A stretch of 61,090 nucleotides of DNA, counting the filler. It is 8 parts of 8 records of this genome, joined end to end, with 100 filler letters (N's around TTAATTAATTAA, not from the genome) between each part and the next. Parts side by side here need not be neighbours in the genome. Positions count along the whole stretch, not along the records: positions 18,499 to 34,283 come from SRR15195285_39; positions 34,384 to 49,261 come from SRR15195285_40; 6 more parts are not named here. One strand, written 5' to 3'. The translations under genes were made by a program, and so were the position numbers. The notes beneath the pieces were generated by a model. The model was not told the DNA's origin. It did no database searches and was given only the letters and a program-made list of their open reading frames with translations. This document shows positions 31,701-38,300 of the stretch, one piece after another; position 1 is the stretch's first letter, and each line of letters opens with the position of its first letter.

Positions 31701-33598
31701 CGGCAGTGGCCGTCCCCAACATGAGTGTAGTTTCCGTGTGCTGCGCCCATCTGTCTGATAGTGTACTGCTCGGAGCACAAGTACTTGATGTGGCGCTCGG
31801 ATAGCTTGCCAGACGCGCTACCAGCAAATTGTGCACCCTCCTTTGCCATGACGGCAGAGTTTGCCGCTTCTGGTCGCGACAAACTGTCTGCTCGCCATCG
31901 TCCAAAATCTCGAGCAGAGTCGGCGACTTTCTGAACCAGCGTCCACCCTCCGCCATCGTTGGTCATGTCGCAATATACCTGGATATCGTCTGAATCCAGT
32001 GTCCTTGGGTCGATGATTATCGATATTGTGTACATGCCGTCCGGCGCCCCCGGGTCGCGGTCAAGAATGTCTCGACACGAAGCTGGTTTGAACACCTTTC
32101 CGGAAACTCCCGCTTTGCACGTACAGTCTTCCGCCGAGTCGGAACCGGTCATGTTTACAGTTGATGAATTGACTACGCATCCATGGCAGCCAAATGGCCC
32201 AGGTACCTCCTTGAACGTATCCGGGGGGCAGGCTGTGCAGTTGCCGGTGCCGCCGAGATCCCCAAGCTCCGAAGGGAAATAGCCCGGATCGCAGGCACAC
32301 TCAGACTGGCTGCTCGCCCCAGTTCGATGAAATGTCCCTGAATGAGCTTCGCATGCAGTGCAGGGCCCGGGTCCCGCAGCCTCTTTAAATGTGTCTTCTG
32401 GGCAGCGCTCGCACGTCGCATCCCCCCCGTCCAGTAGCGTTCCATGATACCCAGGGTCGCACAGGCATCCAGATTTCGTGCCATATCCCGGGTCACCCAG
32501 TCCAGAGCTACCAGAATTGGCAGGGCAAGAGACACACACGGCCGAGCCTAGGGCCGCCTTGAACGTTGCCGGTGGGCAGGCGACACATGTCTGGTCCGGA
32601 CTAGTGAGAGTGGCCGTGTACCCAGCACCGCATAGACAGCCTGAGACAGCCAGCGTGCCGATAGCGCGGGTGACGCTATGGGGTGGACACTCGTCACATA
32701 CGGTGGTGCTGGTATAGTATCGCCCCATTGGGCAGTCGCTACATTCTGTGGACGAAGCCATGTCGTGATCATACTTGCCAGGAGAGCATGGCACGCAATA
32801 TGTGGCCGAAACGTCAGCATATGACCCAGCAGCGCACGCTTGGCACACGGTCCCTGCGTTCGTATCCGTGTCCGCAAATCCTGCTGCGCAGTCGCTGCAG
32901 GAGACCGCATTCTCATCGGCGTACTGGCCGGCTGCGCAGTCTGTGCATGGGACATACCCAGTGGCGCTTGCTTTGCCTGGGGGGCACATCTGCTGGCACA
33001 AGGGGGCAGCAGCTTCTCCCGTGTACTTTGCGCATACAGGCCGATAGGCCCCAGCTTCGCCGGTGCCCGCGGCGCCAAACAAGTAGGCGTCGCTACCACC
33101 ATTCTCTTGCAGCGTCACGAAGCTCACCCACCCAGTGATCTCTGCGATTCCCGCGGTCGGATTGCAGCCTCGCTCCACCGGCAACCCAACACAGTAGTCC
33201 GGATGATCCTCGCTGCTGTGGCAGTGGAAAGAGCTGCTGCCACCGCATCCAGCGGGCCCCCAGGAGCCGTCGCCCTCATTTTCACACATCTCCACGTACG
33301 CTGCAACCCCCCAGCTGTTGTCATTCTGCGTGTTCGACCAGTCCGCAAGCGGGTCTTCAAGCAAGCAGATCCTGACGAACTGCCCATTCGGCCCGAGCTC
33401 CGGCTGCACGCCATCACTGCTGACCGTGCACTCAAATTTGCACGTGCCCTCAACCCGCCCAATCAGTAGAACGCCCAGGGCGATAACCAGGAGCACCAGC
33501 TCGCGGGGCTCCCAGTTCCACCCACGGCGCTTCTTCCCTGCAGCGCCGCCGCACACCGTCTCCTCCCTGCGCACTGCTCGCTTCCCACGCATCATCAT
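19769..33598 (-). CDS. Giant polycystin-1-like receptor (~4600 aa): signal peptide, ~20 GCC2/GCC3 (ephrin-receptor-like) Cys repeats, fibrinogen-like, PAN, C-type-lectin-like, CUB, LamG, F-type lectin, REJ, GAIN/GPS, 5 TM helices, coiled-coil tail
   Basis: Uninterrupted ORF; the start is ATG 33598 or 33655. Motifs: LVLLVIALGVLLIGRVEG/TC signal; VYCDMTNDGGGWTLV; YGHGLDCQW..DYVRVFDG (CUB); FFGMMQRVQIWDRTL (LamG); NVALDKSASQSS..ASRAVDG..WWQVDLG (F-type lectin); VTPRVGVAIEDTF..GWVDDDQPLTYTF (REJ); CSYWN..W..CSFNHLTDF (GPS); SRAQRV and WL..EPIRV (PKD1-type TM motifs). Confidence 0.88.
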   Translation of the reverse strand: MMMRGKRAVRREETVCGGAAGKKRRGWNWEPRELVLLVIALGVLLIGRVEGTCKFECTVSSDGVQPELGPNGQFVRICLLEDPLADWSNTQNDNSWGVAAYVEMCENEGDGSWGPAGCGGSSSFHCHSSEDHPDYCVGLPVERGCNPTAGIAEITGWVSFVTLQENGGSDAYLFGAAGTGEAGAYRPVCAKYTGEAAAPLCQQMCPPGKASATGYVPCTDCAAGQYADENAVSCSDCAAGFADTDTNAGTVCQACAAGSYADVSATYCVPCSPGKYDHDMASSTECSDCPMGRYYTSTTVCDECPPHSVTRAIGTLAVSGCLCGAGYTATLTSPDQTCVACPPATFKAALGSAVCVSCPANSGSSGLGDPGYGTKSGCLCDPGYHGTLLDGGDATCERCPEDTFKEAAGPGPCTACEAHSGTFHRTGASSQSECACDPGYFPSELGDLGGTGNCTACPPDTFKEVPGPFGCHGCVVNSSTVNMTGSDSAEDCTCKAGVSGKVFKPASCRDILDRDPGAPDGMYTISIIIDPRTLDSDDIQVYCDMTNDGGGWTLVQKVADSARDFGRWRADSLSRPEAANSAVMAKEGAQFAGSASGKLSERHIKYLCSEQYTIRQMGAAHGNYTHVGDGHCRGTTEDDRVNGRALNAVGAADCEAACDANGDCLAYDHRVADGHCHLYGPGLDDNLPSGRRVDACTFAPGAATTDSGSCTSAESCDALGWPPGFGSDSICAASRLTHNGETDIDPPACFGADSSVVEGIGHATAICHAQGARLCTADELVADEATGTGCFDLQQVWTSTPCTGGAVSMQGNGDGSRICQTDVSQNLGVRCCADAVVDTPCLSPHPCLTANTGTAALVNHGEVQFPPHGGNYGHGLDCQWRLSCAVGQPVVSINSVSTQADGDYVRVFDGPSNLASVLGEVLHGELNEAEIRSGSTPDVLIQFESNGHTAQSGFGFSFTCRGGARLDEQIGVVGTAGECADLVQSRRPEAVAATIFGESCWARYNEPHPVCGVVGMAECDGSCVPSCAFAVLGYANLWSGLAVHTCEVPTGLAQPALMFDGSESISAVRPRVPTGSSMRTVSVWFRPDHCTEGDLPLRSLVSWGGGVSDEKRFAVLHSAACSSSTLFVGTSAATQDGLVHGWSHILFTIRADGGMVAFHDGLIAGSHSLQSLDTGAMNSQQPLVIGARLDANGAYSDYFFGMMQRVQIWDRTLTESDAWAEYTNSGGMAIDSLVTQLVAAESRFGGELIDLRDAVVIRSTALVNVALDKSASQSSTALGGAASRAVDGIDSSDFLADSCSHTNAGTNEWWQVDLGAVYDIDAIEIYHRTNCNVFCDAELVGARVYVSTSAAYGTGVLCGTLGNNLAVPDALSCRHSGKYVTVAQPGSRAITICELRVMAFPLTAQQAVINVGVKRRGSTDIRRATASPVSDGLMAEWMGYPAVSTNVGTFKPAEGVVCQRRSTQRDQPPIFCEFGDVNDYNETSHNPLKRCASQADLLMGNTELITPQETNMSAACVARHKVVCEAALTEAACSAVLPDGNRVCAWGGARCTAIQDTRGSPAGSFVAGNLVEGWRWTAVWQNASIAAVHASGAEYTVKWDDGAAPSRMPASKLRKRTGVTGQQSKLCVDAISQSSCELTGPTPDVCAYIPSKPPNLRGFSTWGNIPGTTITDLHSGSDPLRMGSPVAYGRTTSDAGCSVAGGCHVQVFCKPPQIRSGIGECRMCLEDEFKDSNSGARCEACTAHSGTNGKLASESVTDCLCDLGYTGTLVDLDSICTACPADMYKDVKGPFSCTPCPANSNTAGRENRTDVSQCLCDPGYTGSATTGCIACVADKYKETSGSDRCLACPAESTTDTSDARGLRGDCKCNAGWTGDLSIHTIVCSQCAIDYFKSALGGQNCTLCPANSETVSSSANLNPSRNGGSSGAGIIGSANDDGVYFPVRSHAVAKQTGSATIHSCQCAPGYYMDGVAGNCAACPPDHYKEVYGDGACDRCADNSHTRGQSASYLVSQCLCDSGYYGPGALQGTQEFRGRSPAESSRGPLPQGLLTTSDSMCTACAVGTFKSTIGRADCEACLDESSDTDTATTASAMRGDCLCAIGYQGNMSIPGVTCRQCDSDTYKPTPGPMDCTRCPPNSGTRGAIGAIDGTHCSCDPGYVGGLVNGSVICEACPEGKYKASYGTGDCLLCPDSSYSSSNARSMSDCGCNQGYFGGEVISVGSWPSETEYAMDPTMLRELPAPCHTPLGSEYPAFCSPIEADGETQYVQYTGLLTGSNSRCFPCAAGWYKSNVGPHPCDRCPADSVTLEDKSDGVDDCKCNPGFFGDVSSSDGTCAPCDPNTYKAFVSVQPLQPCIECPDFSGTSGAYYSTSVDDCKCETGLEKVRFLNESEACMRCSPGMYKDTAGDAPCVSCPANAGTGYVPFAQNHDDYLKIHVIGATDITNCSCKPGYSGQISGTSSTCSMCSFGFFKAEYGAADCIECGPGTQALESWYVPPKVPDNKTVCACNPGFKQVQSQLNDAMVECEECPADQYKESQSSADECDACPDHSSTLTRRGVNISSACICNRGYSGSVSAGYDSSVSVSPCVACPPGKYKDEVGSGACMQCPVNANTKGPLDASPLHAATGVDQCYCNTGYIGTIAAPHDTCSECVSDSYTGTPGSVVCAPCPANTWTRGRRAVGTVRECYCVDGYVNDGGYRASNGTWLRGHGECVRCTVEYFRATQDLDCSGTIPPYVEIQPIDGNRAKINPSVRFALTASVEDGALLDWAAWDGPSEDRIDRRFQMDQPFLAPDTGVSDPFLIVAAGQLTPRSWYRVRLTATIRRPGDVKDTAGSVDLRFGVNDCPGGGEVSVTPRVGVAIEDTFVVRATGWVDDDQPLTYTFGLSRNASQPTSWMNRPTNNATFATFLPEGTRGVNDTYLQDLVVLVTDLYGAQTTHTTVVDVHPWYPAGSFVEEFETKLSQLENGTQVASAVGVMAFMLNMNASHMQNGTVEHTGAVEARQQLSEYLLTSMLATQDLNASERQSALSVFASSAAVVTAVTDQVSLKCMDSVISLLGLVTQTTALEAETAVSIASAADNIFIALDHGPVFPSAARVPRLVGVLNKVSAGVAARLVPGEPPEVLAVTKFVMETQKFRTTGSNGTKLANGLVTMPAMDITHLNESQWMNRTLSQSQDDSLVSQAIIWSDGFNPFAFGGVKPADEGVGETVALRSQIVSFSLFLDGNEVILRNLPEPVIVNISLHPTEYYRVPDTCRNAKCINTYDVAHYDGACADLLDKGRYNCDKHFCIGCPLAGFCDLSCSSECTHARDCLGPMMEPVQARNETDCLTTGHTWYPAIDKLCSPLTESPAPPPTDETNCTGGKRWVINPDPSAFVCLETSSQLVLSGMGQDPGPRYGPIMDATDCAQKGAAHHADNCGSLGLDNFNRCEHADSCIAPRGSSEADKAACAATTINGVDFSGRDASDRRVSCEATALSAGGGTCEYTPRGTACVPRTVCLSTLHEWHRPEYTCQTLSGRNAVPERLLSDEAECQNGNHWTTPRAGVCQHVDGRPVATANNQSACEISKNQWVPLEVREAAAEAAAISMNLNALNTSNTSNASLVDSVPSTFTCDLAPEVACSYWNPVSGRWMQDGIILEKTPNFMLCSFNHLTDFGAMIGAAPQAAELPSLIQTFRLESWEQGTIGLSVTGAILACLLFCCSGSAWRYLALSATRTRRLVKEQATGDPIKQGDYADAIFALKGFDSTVAFQEHVHTEIMLRTKWNIGALCIPLVGDPTSRAQRVVIILVAILCTMAVGLMFYKNPIFPTIDVCEGRPDVHGLSTNCSAVTIEQQIQECECKTYFSANGCEHCAVGPFEGASSRVGPRGAIQNCSDFCDEHVPSEVHAVMLTTFIVAILSLLVHQLLDHLHRPFLDMLRVEGTLLREAESDALKREREKALMDVKAVGSKRAFTKRSSRRLMRLPTELGSLQIDGAEQVDMAAAVQNAHDLDALPALPKRKVWYTTESGSHIPVAPQMRRQALKKLDDKRKATIIDLLLRKSVRYREDYKRIQKRKKELRAMPLPKLKIVAQRELKRLGKTSIDDQGRYVQDMQDALTFVREIPDYSPQLDDPAVHSRRIIVGVYLSILAIGACCAVVIAVHIVQLSAAFTMQWLHGCALSVAIHLVAVEPIRVLVVGHAKRRWHGLHREKDEKPGDELSIDTPDMIKLGGLSEEDQLAKDKDEIERAAEGIQQTTMDPGAEVLNQDVAFGKESRWASLTTSVTTRTKAAGAFKLALQQRSHISNSTNKSAAGEAMISLGPPASSGAEKFASGIAVAKASRKLAKKQRQLAKASLKLATFTQFLTAAQAEIIDNIVEAFHAMKNSHIMEKHVYERQQVDDEEEREILNVKLNVAMSRFDKLVEAFKVDVQQVTSGAPISQGLEDPMTHDLSDELLENNLTYDAIMDMYEEAIEKAKKKLGALQDGSALSESVQERLIEQKTGMRTKASRVEDLLAKYDRELDDVIENSSTLQLDESELMEAGLDPEQHPTSADEMESRADASVLDDNSEVMSPRRPMEPRPAGGTGRSTPVRSITLESSPLLSPPTAPAGTDVVPDGSATAAEDLTNEIETVTLLP

Positions 33599-34283
33599 CC
33601 CTGCACCAGCCCAACAGCCCTCCACACCCTCCATAGCGTCCAGGGTACGCTTCATCAGGCAGGCCGTCTGGCCTCCACAGCGTCCAGGGTACGCTTCATC
33701 AGTCGGCCTGCACGGCAACAACAGCAGCTGGCAGGATGCCAGCTGCCGCCATCATCATCGCGTCAATAGCATGGGACGCCCGACGGCGGACAGCCACACG
33801 ATCACACTACCGCATCCTACAGCCGACCTCCCGCCCTGGGGACCCAGCCTGCCTTGCCGCCTGCTGCCTGGGTGCGCGGTGAGGAGCACGGTGGCCGACC
33901 CAGGTACTCTTCCTTTACCGTGTTCTTGTCGCGCAGAGTTACCACATATTCGCATATTCGTACTTATTCGTATTAGTTTGCGAGGCATTCATACCATTGA
34001 CGGGTCCATGAATACGAGATTTGGCCGTGTGGCTCATGCAGCTGCATGAGCACGTGGACCCGTGCCGCCAGGGACTCCCGACTGCGACTCGCAAATTTGT
34101 ACGAACATGCCGGAGGGCAGCGGCCGTGTCGTTGGCGCAAATTTGTCGGCGGCGGGATTGGAGACCGGGTCTCCTGGGTTGGTATAATCCATCTTGAAAG
34201 CCGCGAGGCGACCACAAAAGCAGCTGCAGCCGGCCGGCAGGCGGCGCCGGGCTGGCGTGCTGAAACGCACGAAAAACGGCCAG

Positions 34284-34383
34284 NNNNNNNNNNNNNNNNN
34301 NNNNNNNNNNNNNNNNNNNNNNNNNNNTTAATTAATTAANNNNNNNNNNNNNNNNNNNNNNNNNNNNNNNNNNNNNNNNNNNN
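34284..34383. other. Artificial contig spacer
   Basis: N44-TTAATTAATTAA-N44. Confidence 0.99.
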
Positions 34384-35306
34384 CTCCACACGATTCCAAC
34401 CCAGCCTGTGACGGAGCGAGGGGCGCGCGCGCCCGCGCGGCCGGTACTATTCATAGTATACCATTGATATATTCGAATACCTGCGGCCATACCCTCTTCA
34501 TAGTACCGGAGTACCCACCGGTAGCTTAAGCTATTCATAGATCTACTAGTAGTAGTACTAGTACATCGGTAGTTCGTAGTAGCTAGTACAGTACGGCTCT
34601 ACGTACTAGATCTAGATCTAGTACTACATAGTGTACTACGGCTCTATATCTCTAGCTAGAGTACTATTCATCGTACACAGGTCCCCCCCCGGGGCTGGAC
34701 TGAACGTTTGAACGTCGTTTGTCAATTCCTGAGAATTCTCATCTCAGGAAATCAGGATCCTCAATCGTCGAGGAGCAGTACAGTAGCAGAATCGTGACCT
34801 TATGAAGGATAATCTCATTTTATCAGGGGTTGTTGTTTCCCCTGATTTCATAACACATCACTAGTACAGTACTTGTCGCAGTCGGTGGTACGCATTTGCT
34901 GTGTACACTATTGATAGATCTACGTACCCGTACAGTACTGTACGTACTACCAGTAGTACAGTACATGAGCACATGTACTGGCGTACTATCTGTACCCCAG
35001 TGGGCGGGCCTCATTGCACATTGGGGCACTGGCCGACGACCCGCGTGCGCCGCGCAGCGTGCGCCGGTGCGTACTGTGACGGTCGCGTGCCGCATCCACG
35101 CCGCTCGGCGTGAGAAGCTCCGTCGCACGGGTGCCGCGCCGGCTGGCAGCGGCAGGCTGCCGGTCAGGTGTTGCACATCCCCTCGGTATCCGCCAGACTC
35201 TACCGAACGTGGCCAATATTGCACCGGTTCGCGGCTGGGCGCGCCGTGGAGCGGCAAATAGCCGCTGTCTCTCTGCCGTAGGACCCTCACGTTTCCTGAG
35301 GTGGAC

Positions 35307-38300
35307 ATGAGGCGCAAACGTGGCGATGGCGCGGAAACCCGCGATTTTGACATTTTTGAGACGGATAATCCGATGGCGGAAGGGGCAGGGGCAGGCAGCG
35401 ACGAGGATGAGGTGCGCACATACGACATTCCGCCAAGTGGGTCATCATGTTTCTTACCCGTGCGAATTGTTGAGCGCAGCCCCCCGCCGCTCCTGGAGAT
35501 GACACATCCCCGGTCAGTGGAGACCCAGGGGTGTTTGAGGTAGAAGACACAGATACCGGGCGCGGGGACGGGAGAGAACTTTCTCCGCAGGCCATTGGAT
35601 TGGGTGGGACGTGTTTGCTGGTTCTTCCGTGCCCTGTCTTCTTGAGCTACTACACGTTGATGGTCAACTCGGAAGTTTCAAATCTGGTCATCATCATCGC
35701 AGCCTGCATATACGTGTACATGCTGGGTGTAACTCTTCTGGGTATCTTCAGGTGCGTCCTTTCAAGGCGGTGTATCTTCCTGCCCTCTTGTGCTGATCAC
35801 ATGCGCGCGTCGTTTACTAGTGCTTGGGAGTTTCAAAATGGGTCGACAGACTCAATGCAGGTCTTGATGTTCTTGATCACCCTCGCGATTTGTCAACAAG
35901 GCAGCTTCCTCGGCGTGATCACCTCATCTGAGTGTTCGGGAGGAGAAGAAGAAACTTGCCTATACAGCTCGGTTGTAGACGAAACACTGCGCGACTTCGC
36001 TAGCAGTGCACAGGACCAATGCCGAGTGGGAGTTGCCACTGATGGCTATTACGTACCTTGGAGTAGCCTGTGTCCGTGTCTACAGGATCCAAGGCTAGAT
36101 GGCGAAGAGTCCGCTTCATGGGAAGTTGGCGAAGAGTCCGCTTCATGGGCTGGGGCTCCAAGCAACGCGACTTCTTCTGAACCAGACCTGGTGTGCATTG
36201 CAGATGTCCTGAAAAGCGCGAACAACCCACCCAGTGACTTACTTTTGGGGGCTTGGGTGGCGCTCTGGCTGGAAGTTTTAGTCTTCTCCGTCACGTTTGC
36301 AATTTTGTTCACGACTACGGCGCAAGCGCAAAAGAAAGCGGCCGATCAAAGTGGTGGAGCCCAAGTGGCAACGTTGCGCGGCACTTTGGTCGGTGGAACG
36401 GGTCTTCGTTCAGGACACTCCGGGATACCACACGCGCAGAGACACACCAACTATAGCCAACGCTATGTCGTCCTGTCTGTGTCCAACCCAGCTGTACACA
36501 AGCTGTCTCACCGCGCACAGCAGATCAAGACGCCAGAGTCAGAAGACGACCCAAATCCAACATGGAACCACGAGTTCACCGGCCTGGCACTGTACGCTGA
36601 TTCGAACAAACTAGATATTCAGGTATACGATCAGATTGAAGGCGAGCCTGTGCTGATCGGCACTGCGATTACGGCGGATAGTGGTGGAAGCACTGACGGG
36701 ATTTTCATGGACCTGGACGAAGGCAAGCTGACTAGCCCAGAGTACAAAATGAACGGTGACATTGACAAGATGGTCAGTATCCAGCTGTATCACAAAAAGA
36801 CTGAGGATCAGCCAAACCGACCTGCGGGGACGCTTCAGCTGATTCTGAACATGTATCCCGAGAACACAATGTTGCTGAGCACGATAACATCTGTGATCGA
36901 GCAGTCCTTAAAATACGAGGCTGTCATCTTCGCAATGGTGTTGCTTTCAATGCTTGATCTGGCTCTGTGGAGTCCAGCAGCTGCTCTTTCTCCGACGATG
37001 CTGGCCGGACTGCACATTATTGAGTTGTTCATCGTTTTGGAAATGTGTTTTGAACTTGTTATTGAGATCGAAGCTGCGCGCCGGCGAGGAGAGACACAGC
37101 TATGGAGGAAGCCTGTCTTCATATTTGGGGTCTACAATCTTGCTGCAAACATGGTCTGGCTCGTCCTTGATAAAACTCAGGGAAACCTGTGGGTGCAAAA
37201 GTTCGTAGCTGTTGGTAGAGTCACCCGACTGGCAAGGGGTATAGAGCGTTTTCGCATTCTTCCCGACGTAGATGTGATCGAAGATGCGCTGGGAGCTGCT
37301 TCACAACTGTTTGCAATGGTGCTTGTCCTCATGTTTATGTTGACGTTCATGTTCGCAATTATTGGAGTCAGCAGCTTTGGTGGGGCATTACAGTTCGAAT
37401 GTCTCCTAGACGGAGTTCAAGAGTGTGACCAAGCTCAGAATGAGGTCGCTAGTCGACTTGGTGTAGAGTGCCCTCTACGCTGCCCAATGACTCTTGCATG
37501 TGCCGTTGATGGATACACTTGGCCGTGGGAAGAGGCGATGGGACTGTTCGAGGCACCCGACAAGCGGTGCGCGCCTGTTCGAGAGCCAATCCCCGTTGGC
37601 TATGACTCGTTCGGGATCCGAGATTTCGACAACGTTTGGCGCGCAACGGTCACCATTCTGGTTCAAGCAACAGGAGATGGAGGCATGCACACGATACCGT
37701 TGGCACTAAGCAATGCTGGCGCACGGTTCACAGGTAGAGGGTGGTTAGTGTCATTCATCATCTCAGTTCTTCTGAACCTGGTATGCCTCAACTTGTTTTT
37801 ATCCGTAGTCTGCTCTGCGTACAGCCGTTCTGCGGCGAAAGCCACAATGGCTCGTGCTGAAGAAAAAGCAGCAAAGGAAGCAACTATAAAGGAAAGCATA
37901 GCTACCGAGACGGCCGAGGAACGCAAGACCCGCATTGCCATAGAGGAGGAGGTGCGTGAGAAAGGAAAACCGGTCGCTCAGAGATCGGAAGAAAAAGATT
38001 GGGTGGCAGACGGAAGTGCATGGATGCCTCCACCCATTCGAATGACTTTGAAGAATATTGTACTTTCTGATTTATTCGAGACCGTGGCCTCCCTGATAAT
38101 CTTGGCAAACACAGTGACGATGTTAATGGCCCACGATGGGATGAGCGAGCAGATGGAATCAATATTGCAGGGGTTTGAAATGTTCTTCTTGTTTTGCTAC
38201 GTTGTGGAATCCATAATGATTTTTGTGGCACAGGGGTCGCAGCTCTTCTTTGAGTCGTCAGAAAACAGATTTGACCTGTTTGTCATTCTTACTTCAATCA

